A stretch of DNA of 32,000 nucleotides from Thermofilum pendens Hrk 5 (lineage in GTDB: Archaea; Thermoproteota; Thermoprotei; Thermofilales; Thermofilaceae). Below, piece after piece: positions 9,482 through 17,855 of this stretch. A program made the translations under genes and the position numbers. Each line of letters begins with the position of its first letter. The stretch's first letter is position 1. The stretch spans positions 210,001 through 242,000 of the forward strand of contig NC_008698.1 of assembly GCF_000015225.1 (NCBI RefSeq). The letters are read 5' to 3'. The notes under the pieces are model-generated. The model was not told the DNA's origin. It saw only the letters and a program-made list of their open reading frames with translations, and ran no database searches.

Positions 9482-10855
9482 ATGAAGGTCTTAGCGCGTG
9501 GCTTCCTCGCGGCTCTCGGCGCCTACACGGCGACACGCCTATTCCTAGCTCTCCACGGGGAGCCTGTAAACGCCTTTGAATTCGTCCCCGCAGTTGCCTC
9601 GCTCGCCAGCCCGTCTCTTGGATCTTCACTCGCAGCCCTGGTGCCGCCGCTACTCCTATACCTGCACGGAAAATACGCTTTCGCGCTCATAGTCCTACCT
9701 CTCTCCCTGCTCTTCATCTTCAAGGTTATCCAGAGCTGGCGAAGCGCCTTGATAGTATCCATTGCATCGACGACCGCCGTTATCGACCCCCAGCTTCTCC
9801 CCGTGGTCCTAGGAATTCTCCTCGCGGAGGTTTCCAGCGAAGATTACAGAGAAGCTTTTTCGACTTCTTTAGTCTTCGCCCTGGCTCTTTTTACGCTCAA
9901 AGCCTTACATGCGAGTAGTCCCGGCTACGTTTACAGCCTCTATTTACCAGGAGGAGTCTATAGTGATGTAGTAGCGCAAAGCACGAACCCCTTAAGCGCC
10001 GCCAGCCTATTCTACTTGCGGCTCTTCGAGTTGCTCGCTAGCAACGCTTTTCTAGCGTTAACGTTCTTCACGCTTGTAGCATCTCTTGTCGTCGCGTCAG
10101 CTGCGGCAGAGAAAACCGGGTGGAGGGGAATCGCTCTAGCCGCCGTCATCCTCCTCATCCCCGCAGTCACGTTTCCGCTAGATATTCTCAGGGCCCTGGT
10201 GGGCGTTACCGAGGCGGTAGCTGTGGGCGTTACTCTGGCAAGCATTCCCGGTTTTTCCCTGTCTAGCATCAGGTATAGGTTGCGGAGAGCTAAACAGAGC
10301 AATGAGAAAAAGTACCCTCCAAGCATAGCCTTCGCGGATATACTGCGGCTTGCACGCACCGATTTCTTTGCACAAGCTCTTTCGAGCGCGAAGAATATAG
10401 TCATTTATGGACCATGCGTTGAGGATGAGAGGGTCGTTCTCCAGGCAGTGCTCAAGGGGCGCATTCAGGGCGCGAGTGTGTTCCTTTTCCACGAAAACAG
10501 GGAGGAGGAGATACTTACGCTGGACCCGGAACGCACCGTCGTTCTGTACGTACCCCCGTTCTCCTGGGAAGAACTAAGGGATGTACTCTCCAAGGCGACG
10601 GGTTTCCCTGCAGACGTCATAGACGGTATGAGCGACCTCGCGAAGCCTAAAGCTTCGCTTATCTGCAGGGTAGACGCTTTGAGAATAGCCGAGAAGATTC
10701 AGTCACTCATAGATAGGGGTTACACTGCTAGAAAAGCCTTCGAAGAGGCATTCAATGCCTGTCCCGCGAAGATAAACGAGGAGTTCTTCTTTATTCTCGA
10801 GCACCTTTACAACCGCTTCAAAATCGTAGGCTTCCTGGCACAAGAGAAGAAGTAG
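9482..10855 (+). CDS. Polytopic membrane protein with a roughly 170-aa cytosolic C-terminal domain, unknown function
   Basis: The first roughly 265 aa are a series of hydrophobic helices. After RYRLRRAKQSNEKK comes a soluble domain with NIVIYGP...VVLYVPPFSWEELRDVL, which resembles an AAA+-like core that has lost the GK[ST] P-loop. Confidence 0.7.
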   Translation: MKVLARGFLAALGAYTATRLFLALHGEPVNAFEFVPAVASLASPSLGSSLAALVPPLLLYLHGKYAFALIVLPLSLLFIFKVIQSWRSALIVSIASTTAVIDPQLLPVVLGILLAEVSSEDYREAFSTSLVFALALFTLKALHASSPGYVYSLYLPGGVYSDVVAQSTNPLSAASLFYLRLFELLASNAFLALTFFTLVASLVVASAAAEKTGWRGIALAAVILLIPAVTFPLDILRALVGVTEAVAVGVTLASIPGFSLSSIRYRLRRAKQSNEKKYPPSIAFADILRLARTDFFAQALSSAKNIVIYGPCVEDERVVLQAVLKGRIQGASVFLFHENREEEILTLDPERTVVLYVPPFSWEELRDVLSKATGFPADVIDGMSDLAKPKASLICRVDALRIAEKIQSLIDRGYTARKAFEEAFNACPAKINEEFFFILEHLYNRFKIVGFLAQEKK

Positions 10856-11021
10856 CGAGACGTAAAGCTCCTTTGCATACCGGAAAAATTCTCGTCCATA
10901 GACCGGCCCAGCCTTAAAACAACCCTGCATTAATTTTCCTTTTATGCACAACCTTTATTTTCTTTATTTTACCATGTACCACGGAGTACCCGGATAAACT
11001 CTCCCACGCGGGGTGGCGTAA

Positions 11022-12215
11022 GTGAGTATCGTGAAGAAAATGGCTATGCCGTACGAAGAAATACCGTTTATGCACTGGGGGGTAGTTTCGAAGTATAACT
11101 TCTCCAAAGAGAAAGCGAAGCTTATTCCGCGGAAACGGTGGGACCCCTTATCCGCCGCCGAGATACGCCTAGTCGACCAGAGTACCGGAAAAGCTTACCC
11201 GATCGGGAAATGGAAGGGGCACTTCAGCTATATAAGCCCTGTGAGGTCTTCAAGGCCAGGCGAGAACCAGGCTCCCGTAGTAAAGGACGTTTTCAAGGAT
11301 ATCGTAGAGGGGAAGGACTACGCGATACCGGTGACTCTCGACGAGAAGCCTCTGGACTCAGTTTTCAGCGTGGAGCCAATAATGTGCGAGTCTCTCAGGG
11401 ACTACACCTCGGTGACCATAGTGAATAGGTTCCCGGCCATGGTTAGGCACATAGACCCCGAAATCAAGGAGACCGTGTCCAGGCTCGTCGAAGACAAGTA
11501 TACGCGCATAGCGTTCGGGATCAACCTCGTGACCTTCCCCACAAGCTACTACGAGACCCTGAGCGACGTGCCGCTGGAAATCCTAGTCTCGATGCTCTCC
11601 TCCATGAAGAGTGCTATAATCAGAGCAGTCGAGGAGAGTAGAAGCAAGGGGTTCAGGCTAATCCCTGTCTACCCGTTTTTCAACATAGGAAGACTGGCCG
11701 GGGGAACCCAGCCGCGCCTACACTCGCAGGTCTACATAGACCTGAACGAAGACGGGCACGGAGCCTACATGGAGAGCATCCTACAGGCCTTCGAAGAAAT
11801 GCGGATCAACTCGGGGTGCCACCTGTGCACCTCGCGCCACGAAGACAGAATCGTCTACGAAAACGAGACCTGGATCTCGTGGGCAACCTCATCTCCTAGG
11901 AGAAACTACCACGTAAGGGCCGCTCCGAAGAGGCATGTAGCGCGGTACACGGATCTCTCGAGCAGCGAACTACTCGGATTAGCCGATGTGCTTCGAAGAG
12001 TTTCCAGGGCCATGGATAGGCTGGGGATTACGCGGGACCGCAACGTACTGTTCTACAGCAATCCTTACGGGTACGACTCGTTCTTCCACATGTTCATCGA
12101 CATAATCCCCTTCGAACACGTCGGCGGGATAGAGATGCTGGACTCCGTCCGCGTAGCCAGGGTGACACCCGAGGAGGCGGCCGAACAACTGAGAAGTATG
12201 GTGGAGAAAGATTGA
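11022..12215 (+). CDS. Galactose-1-phosphate uridylyltransferase-like (GalT branch of the HIT superfamily) nucleotidyltransferase
   Basis: It shows a two-half GalT-like layout: PRLHSQVY in half 1; GCHLCTS...RIVYENETWISWATSSPRRNYHVRAAPKRHV..YTDLSSSELLGLADVLRRV and FFHMFIDIIP in half 2. The start may be the ATG about 18 nt downstream (MAMPYEE). Substrate unknown. Confidence 0.5.
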   Translation: MSIVKKMAMPYEEIPFMHWGVVSKYNFSKEKAKLIPRKRWDPLSAAEIRLVDQSTGKAYPIGKWKGHFSYISPVRSSRPGENQAPVVKDVFKDIVEGKDYAIPVTLDEKPLDSVFSVEPIMCESLRDYTSVTIVNRFPAMVRHIDPEIKETVSRLVEDKYTRIAFGINLVTFPTSYYETLSDVPLEILVSMLSSMKSAIIRAVEESRSKGFRLIPVYPFFNIGRLAGGTQPRLHSQVYIDLNEDGHGAYMESILQAFEEMRINSGCHLCTSRHEDRIVYENETWISWATSSPRRNYHVRAAPKRHVARYTDLSSSELLGLADVLRRVSRAMDRLGITRDRNVLFYSNPYGYDSFFHMFIDIIPFEHVGGIEMLDSVRVARVTPEEAAEQLRSMVEKD

Positions 12216-12225
12216 AAACGAAAGA

Positions 12226-12237
12226 TTAATTATAAAA
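12226..12237 (+). promoter_or_regulatory. TATA-like element ttaattataaaa upstream of the coiled-coil/Roadblock/GTPase operon
   Basis: AT-rich box about 40 nt upstream of the ATG at 12273, in the 57-nt spacer after the GalT-like gene. Confidence 0.35.
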
Positions 12238-12272
12238 TCTCGCAGAAAGTTAAAAGTGTTAGTGGCTGGCTC

Positions 12273-13064
12273 ATGTACCCAACAACTCTTCATCAAAGCG
12301 GACTTTTCCAGGCAACCCTCACCGTGGATACTCTTTTAGTTGTGTTTATAGCGTTCGCGTCCATAGGTCTCAGCGCAGGCACCCTCATATCCCTCCTCTA
12401 CGTCTTAAAGGTTTTTGCCGGCAGAGTTAAGGAGCCCCGTGGAGAAAACTTCGCGAAGGAGCTGGAAAGCCTGGCTTTGACGCTTAAGGAGCTAGAAAAA
12501 AAGGTTGAGCTCCTCGAAAGCGGGGCAGGCAAACCCGGTTCCGAAGACATAAGGAAGCTTGTCGAGGGCTTGGAGACCCTGTCCGCGAAGGTTAACACGC
12601 TGGAGACTAAGCTTGTTGTCCTGGAGAAAAGGATATCACGGGAAGTACCCGCCCCCAGACCCATCGCCCAACCACAAGTCACCGCGAAGCCCGTTGCAAA
12701 GGAAGCCGTTAGAGAGGTCGAGCTGAAAAGTCTTGGCGACCTACCTCTATACTTCCCCGGGCTCAGGTTCGCGTGTATAATAACTTCCCAGGGATACCCC
12801 GTTGAAATCTATGGGCAGGGTAGCGATGAGCCGGCTCGCCTACTGGACATCCTAAGGCTTTATAATTCGCAAAACGTTTCACTGACGAGGGGCGGTAGAA
12901 AACTGGAGATATTCTATCTGGGCGAGGTAAGGGACTTATCCGTGTACGGTATTCTCGAGTTTTCAGACGCGCGCGAAGTCACAGAGGATGTTATCACCGC
13001 GGCTAAGAAATCGATAAGCAAATATTTCACCGAGGTGTTGAGCAAGAAAGGTTTCACGGGTTAA
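12273..13064 (+). CDS. Membrane-anchored coiled-coil protein with a possible Roadblock-like C-terminal domain
   Basis: It has an N-terminal TM helix (LLVVFIAFASIGLSAGTLISLLYVL) and heptad-like ELESLALTLKELEKKVELLE...LETLSAKVNTLETKLVVLEKRI. A Pro-rich linker (PAPRPIAQPQVTAKP) follows, then a roughly 100-aa alpha/beta domain (LRFACIITSQGYPVEIYG...LEIFYLG...VYGILEF). Confidence 0.65.
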   Translation: MYPTTLHQSGLFQATLTVDTLLVVFIAFASIGLSAGTLISLLYVLKVFAGRVKEPRGENFAKELESLALTLKELEKKVELLESGAGKPGSEDIRKLVEGLETLSAKVNTLETKLVVLEKRISREVPAPRPIAQPQVTAKPVAKEAVREVELKSLGDLPLYFPGLRFACIITSQGYPVEIYGQGSDEPARLLDILRLYNSQNVSLTRGGRKLEIFYLGEVRDLSVYGILEFSDAREVTEDVITAAKKSISKYFTEVLSKKGFTG

Positions 13065-13068
13065 AGCT

Positions 13069-13485
13069 ATGAGCGCGGATAAAAGCGACCAAGTAAGGGG
13101 GGTGCTCGCGAAGATAATCAAGGAAACCCACGACGCCATAGTCTCGATAGTGTTTGCCTGGCGGGACGGCATACCGGTAGCCTACGTGGCGCCAGACCAG
13201 CCACAGGCGGAGTTCCTCGCCGTAGCTTCGGCTGCCGCTCTTGGATCGCTCGACGCTCTGGGCGACATATTCAACTCGAAGGTTAAGCGGGTAGACGTAG
13301 AGTTCGAAAACGGAGAGCATATAGTCATATCCTCTCTCGACGGGTCGTTCATAGCTCTCTCGACAACTCCGAGACCTAACCTGGGGCTAATACACCTCGT
13401 GCTCAGAAAGTACGAGGAGGACGTAGTCCGCACGGCGGGTGTCGGGTATGCAGGTCCAGCGAGGCTATCTCAAGATACTGGTTAG
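13069..13485 (+). CDS. Roadblock/LC7 (MglB-like) domain protein
   Basis: Contains IVSIVFAWRDGIPVAY...FLAVASAAALGSLDALGDIF...RVDVEFENGEHIVISSLDGSFIALSTTPRPNLGLIHLVL, the typical Roadblock/LC7 pattern. It starts 4 nt after the upstream gene. Confidence 0.75.
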   Translation: MSADKSDQVRGVLAKIIKETHDAIVSIVFAWRDGIPVAYVAPDQPQAEFLAVASAAALGSLDALGDIFNSKVKRVDVEFENGEHIVISSLDGSFIALSTTPRPNLGLIHLVLRKYEEDVVRTAGVGYAGPARLSQDTG

Positions 13486-13996
13486 CGGTCCATATGCCAG
13501 CGGAAAGACAACATTCGTAAGGACAGTGGCGGAAAACGTACTCTCTACAGAGGTGCCCGTAACCACCCCCGGCGAGCAAAAAGTAAAGGAGTATACCACG
13601 GTCGCTTTCGACTACGGAAAGCTGTACTTGGACGGAATCCCGATATACCTCTTCGGGACTCCGGGTCAAACACGGCTACAGTTCATGTGGAGAGTGCTGG
13701 CCCAGGGCATGCACGGGTACCTGTTCCTCGTCGACGGAAGCTCGCTACTCGAAGTCTACAGAGCCAGAGGCATTTACACGTATATGAAGAGCCTCGGCAA
13801 CTACCCCCACATTATAGCGGTAAACAAGCAAGACGTAAAGGGCTCCGTACCCCCAAGCCGGGTAGCATCGATATTCAACGTAGACCCAGCTTACGTAGCT
13901 CCGCTGGTAGCGCGCGATAAAGCCATGGCCATAAGCGTACTTAAGAAGCTTGTCGACCTCATCCTTACGAGGAGAGAGGAAAGAGTCGTTCCATAG
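13439..13996 (+). CDS. Small P-loop GTPase (COG2229-like, MglA/CvnD-type partner of Roadblock proteins)
   Basis: G1 is GPYASGKTT, G3 is LFGTPGQ and G4 is AVNKQD. It overlaps the upstream Roadblock gene by 47 nt (38 nt if the ATG at 13448 is used). Confidence 0.82.
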   Translation: MSGMQVQRGYLKILVSGPYASGKTTFVRTVAENVLSTEVPVTTPGEQKVKEYTTVAFDYGKLYLDGIPIYLFGTPGQTRLQFMWRVLAQGMHGYLFLVDGSSLLEVYRARGIYTYMKSLGNYPHIIAVNKQDVKGSVPPSRVASIFNVDPAYVAPLVARDKAMAISVLKKLVDLILTRREERVVP

Positions 13997-14113
13997 GCAT
14001 AGCTGAAAACGTTCTTCGCCTTTGGCGTTTAAAACCTAAGTGTTTGAATGGTGACTATTTTCAACGAAGAAAAAATATAGCCGGGATTTCACGATGTAGC
14101 ATGGTGAACAGTA

Positions 14114-14491
14114 TTGAGCTTGGACCTCGAAAGTCTTCGAAAGATAATCGACCCAGTCACCCGCGTGGCGGGGGTCGAGGGCTTCGTGATCTCTAGTAGC
14201 GACGGTTTACCGCTGTTTAGTAGCCTGACGGACAAGGATCTCGAAGAAAAGGTAGCCGCGTTGACAGCGGTGCTGTCGGAGGTCGGTAACAGGGCGAGCA
14301 CCGAGCTTGGGAAGGGTGAGGCTGAGTGGATTACAGTAAACGCGCCGGACGGCTCCGGCATTATATACACTAAGCTGGGAGAAATAGGCTACATGGCTGT
14401 GCTGTTCGGCAAGGACACTAGGCTCGGCGTCCTACTCTACACTTTAAAGGATATAAAGAGGAGGATAGCCGAGGCAGCGGGCTTCTCCTAG
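14114..14491 (+). CDS. Roadblock/LC7 (MglB-like) domain protein, second copy
   Basis: Contains VAGVEGFVISSSDGLPLFSSL...AALTAVLSEVGNRASTELGKGEAEWITVNAPDGSGIIYTKLGEIGYMAVLFGKDTRLGVLLYTL. It has a TTG start, with an aaaaaatata TATA-like box about 40 nt upstream. Confidence 0.75.
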   Translation: MSLDLESLRKIIDPVTRVAGVEGFVISSSDGLPLFSSLTDKDLEEKVAALTAVLSEVGNRASTELGKGEAEWITVNAPDGSGIIYTKLGEIGYMAVLFGKDTRLGVLLYTLKDIKRRIAEAAGFS

Positions 14492-14495
14492 CTTG

Positions 14496-15731
14496 CTACA
14501 TGTAGCTCGAGACGTACGCGCTCATCCTCTTTATCCCCTCTTCGATTCTCTCTTCCGGCTCGCTTACGAAGGTCATCCTGATGTGGTTCTTGCCCATTTC
14601 TCCGAAGTACCTGCCGGGTATGACTACGACGCTCTTCCTGTACAGCAACCTGTTCGCGAATTCCTCGTCGTCGCGTCCCATGGCTTTCAGGTATTCTTCG
14701 ATGTTGACGAAGAAGTAGAAGGCTCCCTCCGGTAGCGAGGTTTTAGCCTCCGGTAGGTACTCCTGGATGCACTTATACATGAAGTCGCGCCTCTTGCGGT
14801 ATGTCGGTATGACTACTTCCTGTAGGTACCTATCCTTGATTCCGCTCTCCAGGAATTTTATCATCGCTATTTGCCCCGGCGTGTCGGGAGCCAGGGATAC
14901 GTACTGCTTGATCTTCTCCATCACCTCCACGACCTCCCGGGGGGCTGTAACGTAGCCTAGGCGGAACCCGGGTATCGAGGCTTCCTTGCTGAAGCTGTTT
15001 ATCGTTATCGTGCGTTCCCGGGCGCCCTTAAAGGAGTCTACCCACGGGGTAGGCCTGCCGTAGGATATGTGCTTATAGACGGCGTCGAATACTATCCAGA
15101 AGTCGTGCTCGACTGCTAGATCTACCAGCCCCCTTACGAACTCCTCTGTGACGACCCTCCCGGTGGGGTTGTCCGGGCTCAGCAGTATGAAAGCCTTTGT
15201 GAGCGGGGATATAACCTTCTTAACGTCCTCTATCCTTGGCTGGTAACCGTTCTCCACGGTTACAGGGACCGTTCTAACCCTGCCCCCCAGTAGTTTTACG
15301 GGTTCGTGGTAGCCTAGGTACGTGGGATCCAGCACTATTACTTCGTCTCCGGGCTCCAGTATCGCGCTTAGCGCTAGGTATATGCCTTCAGTGCCACCGT
15401 TAACTATTATTATCTCGTCTTTGGGGTCGTAGTCTACTCCCCAGTACTTCTTGAGATCCTGGGCTATCAACTCTCGAAGCTCGATCATCCCCCTAGTGCT
15501 CCCGTACGCCACGGATTTCTGGGGGTTGTTTTTGAGGAAGTCTACGAGGAAGTCTACAACCTCCTGCGGTGGGGGAAGACTCGGCGCCCCACCGCCGAAG
15601 CTTATTATGTCGCTTTTCCTCCTAGCCTCGTCTAGTAGCGCGGCGATACGCCTTATCGGGGAGGCAGTAATAGCCTGAGGTTTGGATGCAAGCCTGGGCA
15701 TGCCCACCGATGTAATATGACCGTGCCTCAT
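14496..15731 (-). CDS. Class I/II pyridoxal-phosphate-dependent aminotransferase (aspartate aminotransferase family)
   Basis: Contains NPTG, the SFSKEASIPGFRLGY motif with the PLP lysine, and IRMTF near the C-terminus. A TATA-like aaaatatatt abuts the annotated ATG, so the real start may be M11 at 15701 (MPRLASKP...). Confidence 0.9.
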   Translation of the reverse strand: MRHGHITSVGMPRLASKPQAITASPIRRIAALLDEARRKSDIISFGGGAPSLPPPQEVVDFLVDFLKNNPQKSVAYGSTRGMIELRELIAQDLKKYWGVDYDPKDEIIIVNGGTEGIYLALSAILEPGDEVIVLDPTYLGYHEPVKLLGGRVRTVPVTVENGYQPRIEDVKKVISPLTKAFILLSPDNPTGRVVTEEFVRGLVDLAVEHDFWIVFDAVYKHISYGRPTPWVDSFKGARERTITINSFSKEASIPGFRLGYVTAPREVVEVMEKIKQYVSLAPDTPGQIAMIKFLESGIKDRYLQEVVIPTYRKRRDFMYKCIQEYLPEAKTSLPEGAFYFFVNIEEYLKAMGRDDEEFANRLLYRKSVVVIPGRYFGEMGKNHIRMTFVSEPEERIEEGIKRMSAYVSSYM

Positions 15732-15779
15732 AAATATATTTTTAGCCGAAAAGCTTAAAGATATTAGTTGGCATTGGTT

Positions 15780-16607
15780 TTACTTCACTTCTACTCCTAG
15801 CTCTTTTAAAAGTTCTTCAAGATCTTTTAGGGAACGCCCGGAAAGCTTTCTGAACTCGTAGTAGTCCAGTAAAGCTTCTTTCATCTTTTCCTTCAACTCC
15901 TCTGAGATTTTACCATAGATTTCCCTGATATCCCTGTACATTTCCTCCTCGGCAAGCAGAACTGCGAGCCGGGGTATACCGATTGTTTGAATCTTGTTCT
16001 CCAGCATCACGAGAGCCATACCGCTCTCGTAGTCAACCTCGTACGAGAGACTTTTCTTTGAAGGCTTCCCGGCGAGCTCCGCCTGGGCCTCCTTCGAGAG
16101 TATTTTGTCCAAACCATACACTGCGACAGCCTTCTCAATCTTCTCCAGGTACTTTTTATCGAGCTTAGCTATGAAGAGAAGGTCATCTTTCGAAAGCGGT
16201 AGCTCGAAGACTCTCCCGGCTAGTATCAGTTGTCCCTTCAAGCCTTTAACCTTCTTCGTAGGCACCCGAATATCGAGGAAAGCGTCGAAGGTAAACACCG
16301 GTATTATCCTCGACCCTCCATCCGGGAAAACGACCTTTACCGCTTCATCCCACAGCTTCGCGGAGACCTCGCCGAGTACGAGGTGTGGGCCGCTCTCCAA
16401 GGTTGGGCACTGGAAGTTCCTGGAAAGGTCTTCGCTCAGTCCCTCGACGAAGCCTAGTACCTCGAACACCAAGAAGGGTATCCACTCGCCGTCTACCTCT
16501 ATTTCGAGCTCAAATTTTTTCAAAACTTGTACCCCGCTATCTTCTAGGTACTTCGCAACCTCTTGCTCGTTCTCCAGGCACTTCTTCCCAATACCTATCC
16601 ATGGCAC
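15780..16607 (-). CDS. Hypothetical protein, 275 aa, K/E-rich, markedly lower G+C than neighbours
   Basis: Uninterrupted ORF on the local coding strand. My hand counts of two 60-nt rows give about 40-42% G+C. No motif recognised; it is not Rpo3/RpoD-like. Confidence 0.65.
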   Translation of the reverse strand: MPWIGIGKKCLENEQEVAKYLEDSGVQVLKKFELEIEVDGEWIPFLVFEVLGFVEGLSEDLSRNFQCPTLESGPHLVLGEVSAKLWDEAVKVVFPDGGSRIIPVFTFDAFLDIRVPTKKVKGLKGQLILAGRVFELPLSKDDLLFIAKLDKKYLEKIEKAVAVYGLDKILSKEAQAELAGKPSKKSLSYEVDYESGMALVMLENKIQTIGIPRLAVLLAEEEMYRDIREIYGKISEELKEKMKEALLDYYEFRKLSGRSLKDLEELLKELGVEVK

Positions 16608-16751
16608 TATGACGCACCGTTTTAGCGACTACTAGATATGTTCGCTTACAGCAATATAAGCCCAGCGCGCGAAAAACCTTGCACGGGCGTATAAAGCGAC
16701 TCTGCTTGCTCCAGTGGCGCAAAAGCTTAAGAGCCACGCATCCATGGAGAA

Positions 16752-16810
16752 AGTAGATGATGACCCATTGCAGCACGGATACGTGACGAAAAGGTTTCCG
16801 GTCTGACAAA
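16752..16810 (+). ncRNA. Candidate C/D-box sRNA (2'-O-methylation guide)
   Basis: The layout is C box ATGATGA (16757-16763), a 12-nt spacer cccattgcagca, a degenerate D' cgga, and a 3-nt loop. Then come C' GTGACGA (one mismatch), a 13-nt spacer aaaggtttccggt and D box CTGA (16803-16806). The 50-nt C-to-D span is typical of archaeal sRNAs. It lies in a 264-nt intergenic spacer. Confidence 0.45.
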
Positions 16811-16871
16811 CATACCTTCTTCATCTAGTCATGCAAGAAAGTCTTAGTGGAAAAGTCAACGTGTAGGGTTG

Positions 16872-17351
16872 CTATACCCTTCTTCCTCTGCGTCCTCCAG
16901 GCTTCCTGATGCTGTCTGTTGGAAGTGGTGTTACGTCCTCGATTCTATCCACCATGAGCCCTGCCCGAACAAGCGCACGTATAGCAGGCCCGGCGCCGGG
17001 TCCAGGCGTCTTTGGACCATACCCTCCGGGAGCCTTTATCTTTACGTGTACAACCCTGATCCCTTTGTCTAGGGCTATTTTCGCTGCACGGGCCGCTGCC
17101 TGCATAGCCGCCCAGGGGGAGGGTTTGTCTCTATCAGCTTTGGCAACCATTCCTCCCGATGCAAACGCTATAGTCTCGGCGCCCGACAGGTCGGTAATGT
17201 GTATTATCGTGTTGTTGTAGCTGGCGTAGATCCACGCTATCCCGACGTCTCCCCTGACCTGCTTCTCCCTCGTTTCCCTGCGTTCTTCGGCTTTCCCGGA
17301 AGACTCTTTTGCTTCAACCTCCTTTTGCTCTTTCTCAGACATTCTGCGCAC
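16872..17351 (-). CDS. rps11: 30S ribosomal protein uS11
   Basis: Contains [26 protein letters not shown]...[14 protein letters not shown], with a K/E-rich N-terminal extension. Confidence 0.95.
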   Translation of the reverse strand: MRRMSEKEQKEVEAKESSGKAEERRETREKQVRGDVGIAWIYASYNNTIIHITDLSGAETIAFASGGMVAKADRDKPSPWAAMQAAARAAKIALDKGIRVVHVKIKAPGGYGPKTPGPGAGPAIRALVRAGLMVDRIEDVTPLPTDSIRKPGGRRGRRV

Positions 17352-17853
17352 CTCCCTGAGCCATCTTAGCGAGTGGTGAGCCTTCGTAGTAACTAATGAA
17401 GTTTTCCTCGTCTCGAGACACGAGGTAGCCAGGGCTTCTCACTCGCCTGGAGTTCACCGCTATGTGTCCGTGCGTGATCAGCTGTCTTGCATGCCTAATA
17501 GTCGTGGCTAAACCCTTACGGTAGACGATCGTCTGAAGGCGTCGTTCTAGGACGTCCCGCACAGTAAGGCTTAACACGTCGTCCAAGCTGGCGTCCTCGC
17601 TGGGCAACAGCCCCATTTTATACAGCCTGGAGACGAGGGGCTTTTCCAGCTTAATCCTTTCTTCGGCGGGCAAGGCTAAAAGCTTCCTAGCTTTTGCGCG
17701 TATCTCCCTTAAAAGAGACTTTGCTATCCAGAGCTCTCTCTTATTTCTCAAGCCGTACTCTCCGACGAGCTGCATTTCCTCTAGTAGAGTCTCTTTGCGC
17801 CACGGGTGGGACGGTCCCTGCCACTTTTTACGAGGTTTTTTCGGATCTCCCAT
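17335..17853 (-). CDS. rps4: 30S ribosomal protein uS4
   Basis: Contains [17 protein letters not shown]...[11 protein letters not shown] and the ...[14 protein letters not shown]...ARQLI.HGHI S4 domain. Confidence 0.95.
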   Translation of the reverse strand: MGDPKKPRKKWQGPSHPWRKETLLEEMQLVGEYGLRNKRELWIAKSLLREIRAKARKLLALPAEERIKLEKPLVSRLYKMGLLPSEDASLDDVLSLTVRDVLERRLQTIVYRKGLATTIRHARQLITHGHIAVNSRRVRSPGYLVSRDEENFISYYEGSPLAKMAQGGAQNV

Positions 17854-17855
17854 GC

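Noticed and set aside
16537-16824. The 95-aa minus-strand ORF in the rps11 downstream spacer
   Set aside because: It overlaps the start of the 275-aa gene and has a Cys/Arg-rich odd composition. No start context supports it, and the region is better explained by promoter, terminator and sRNA signals.
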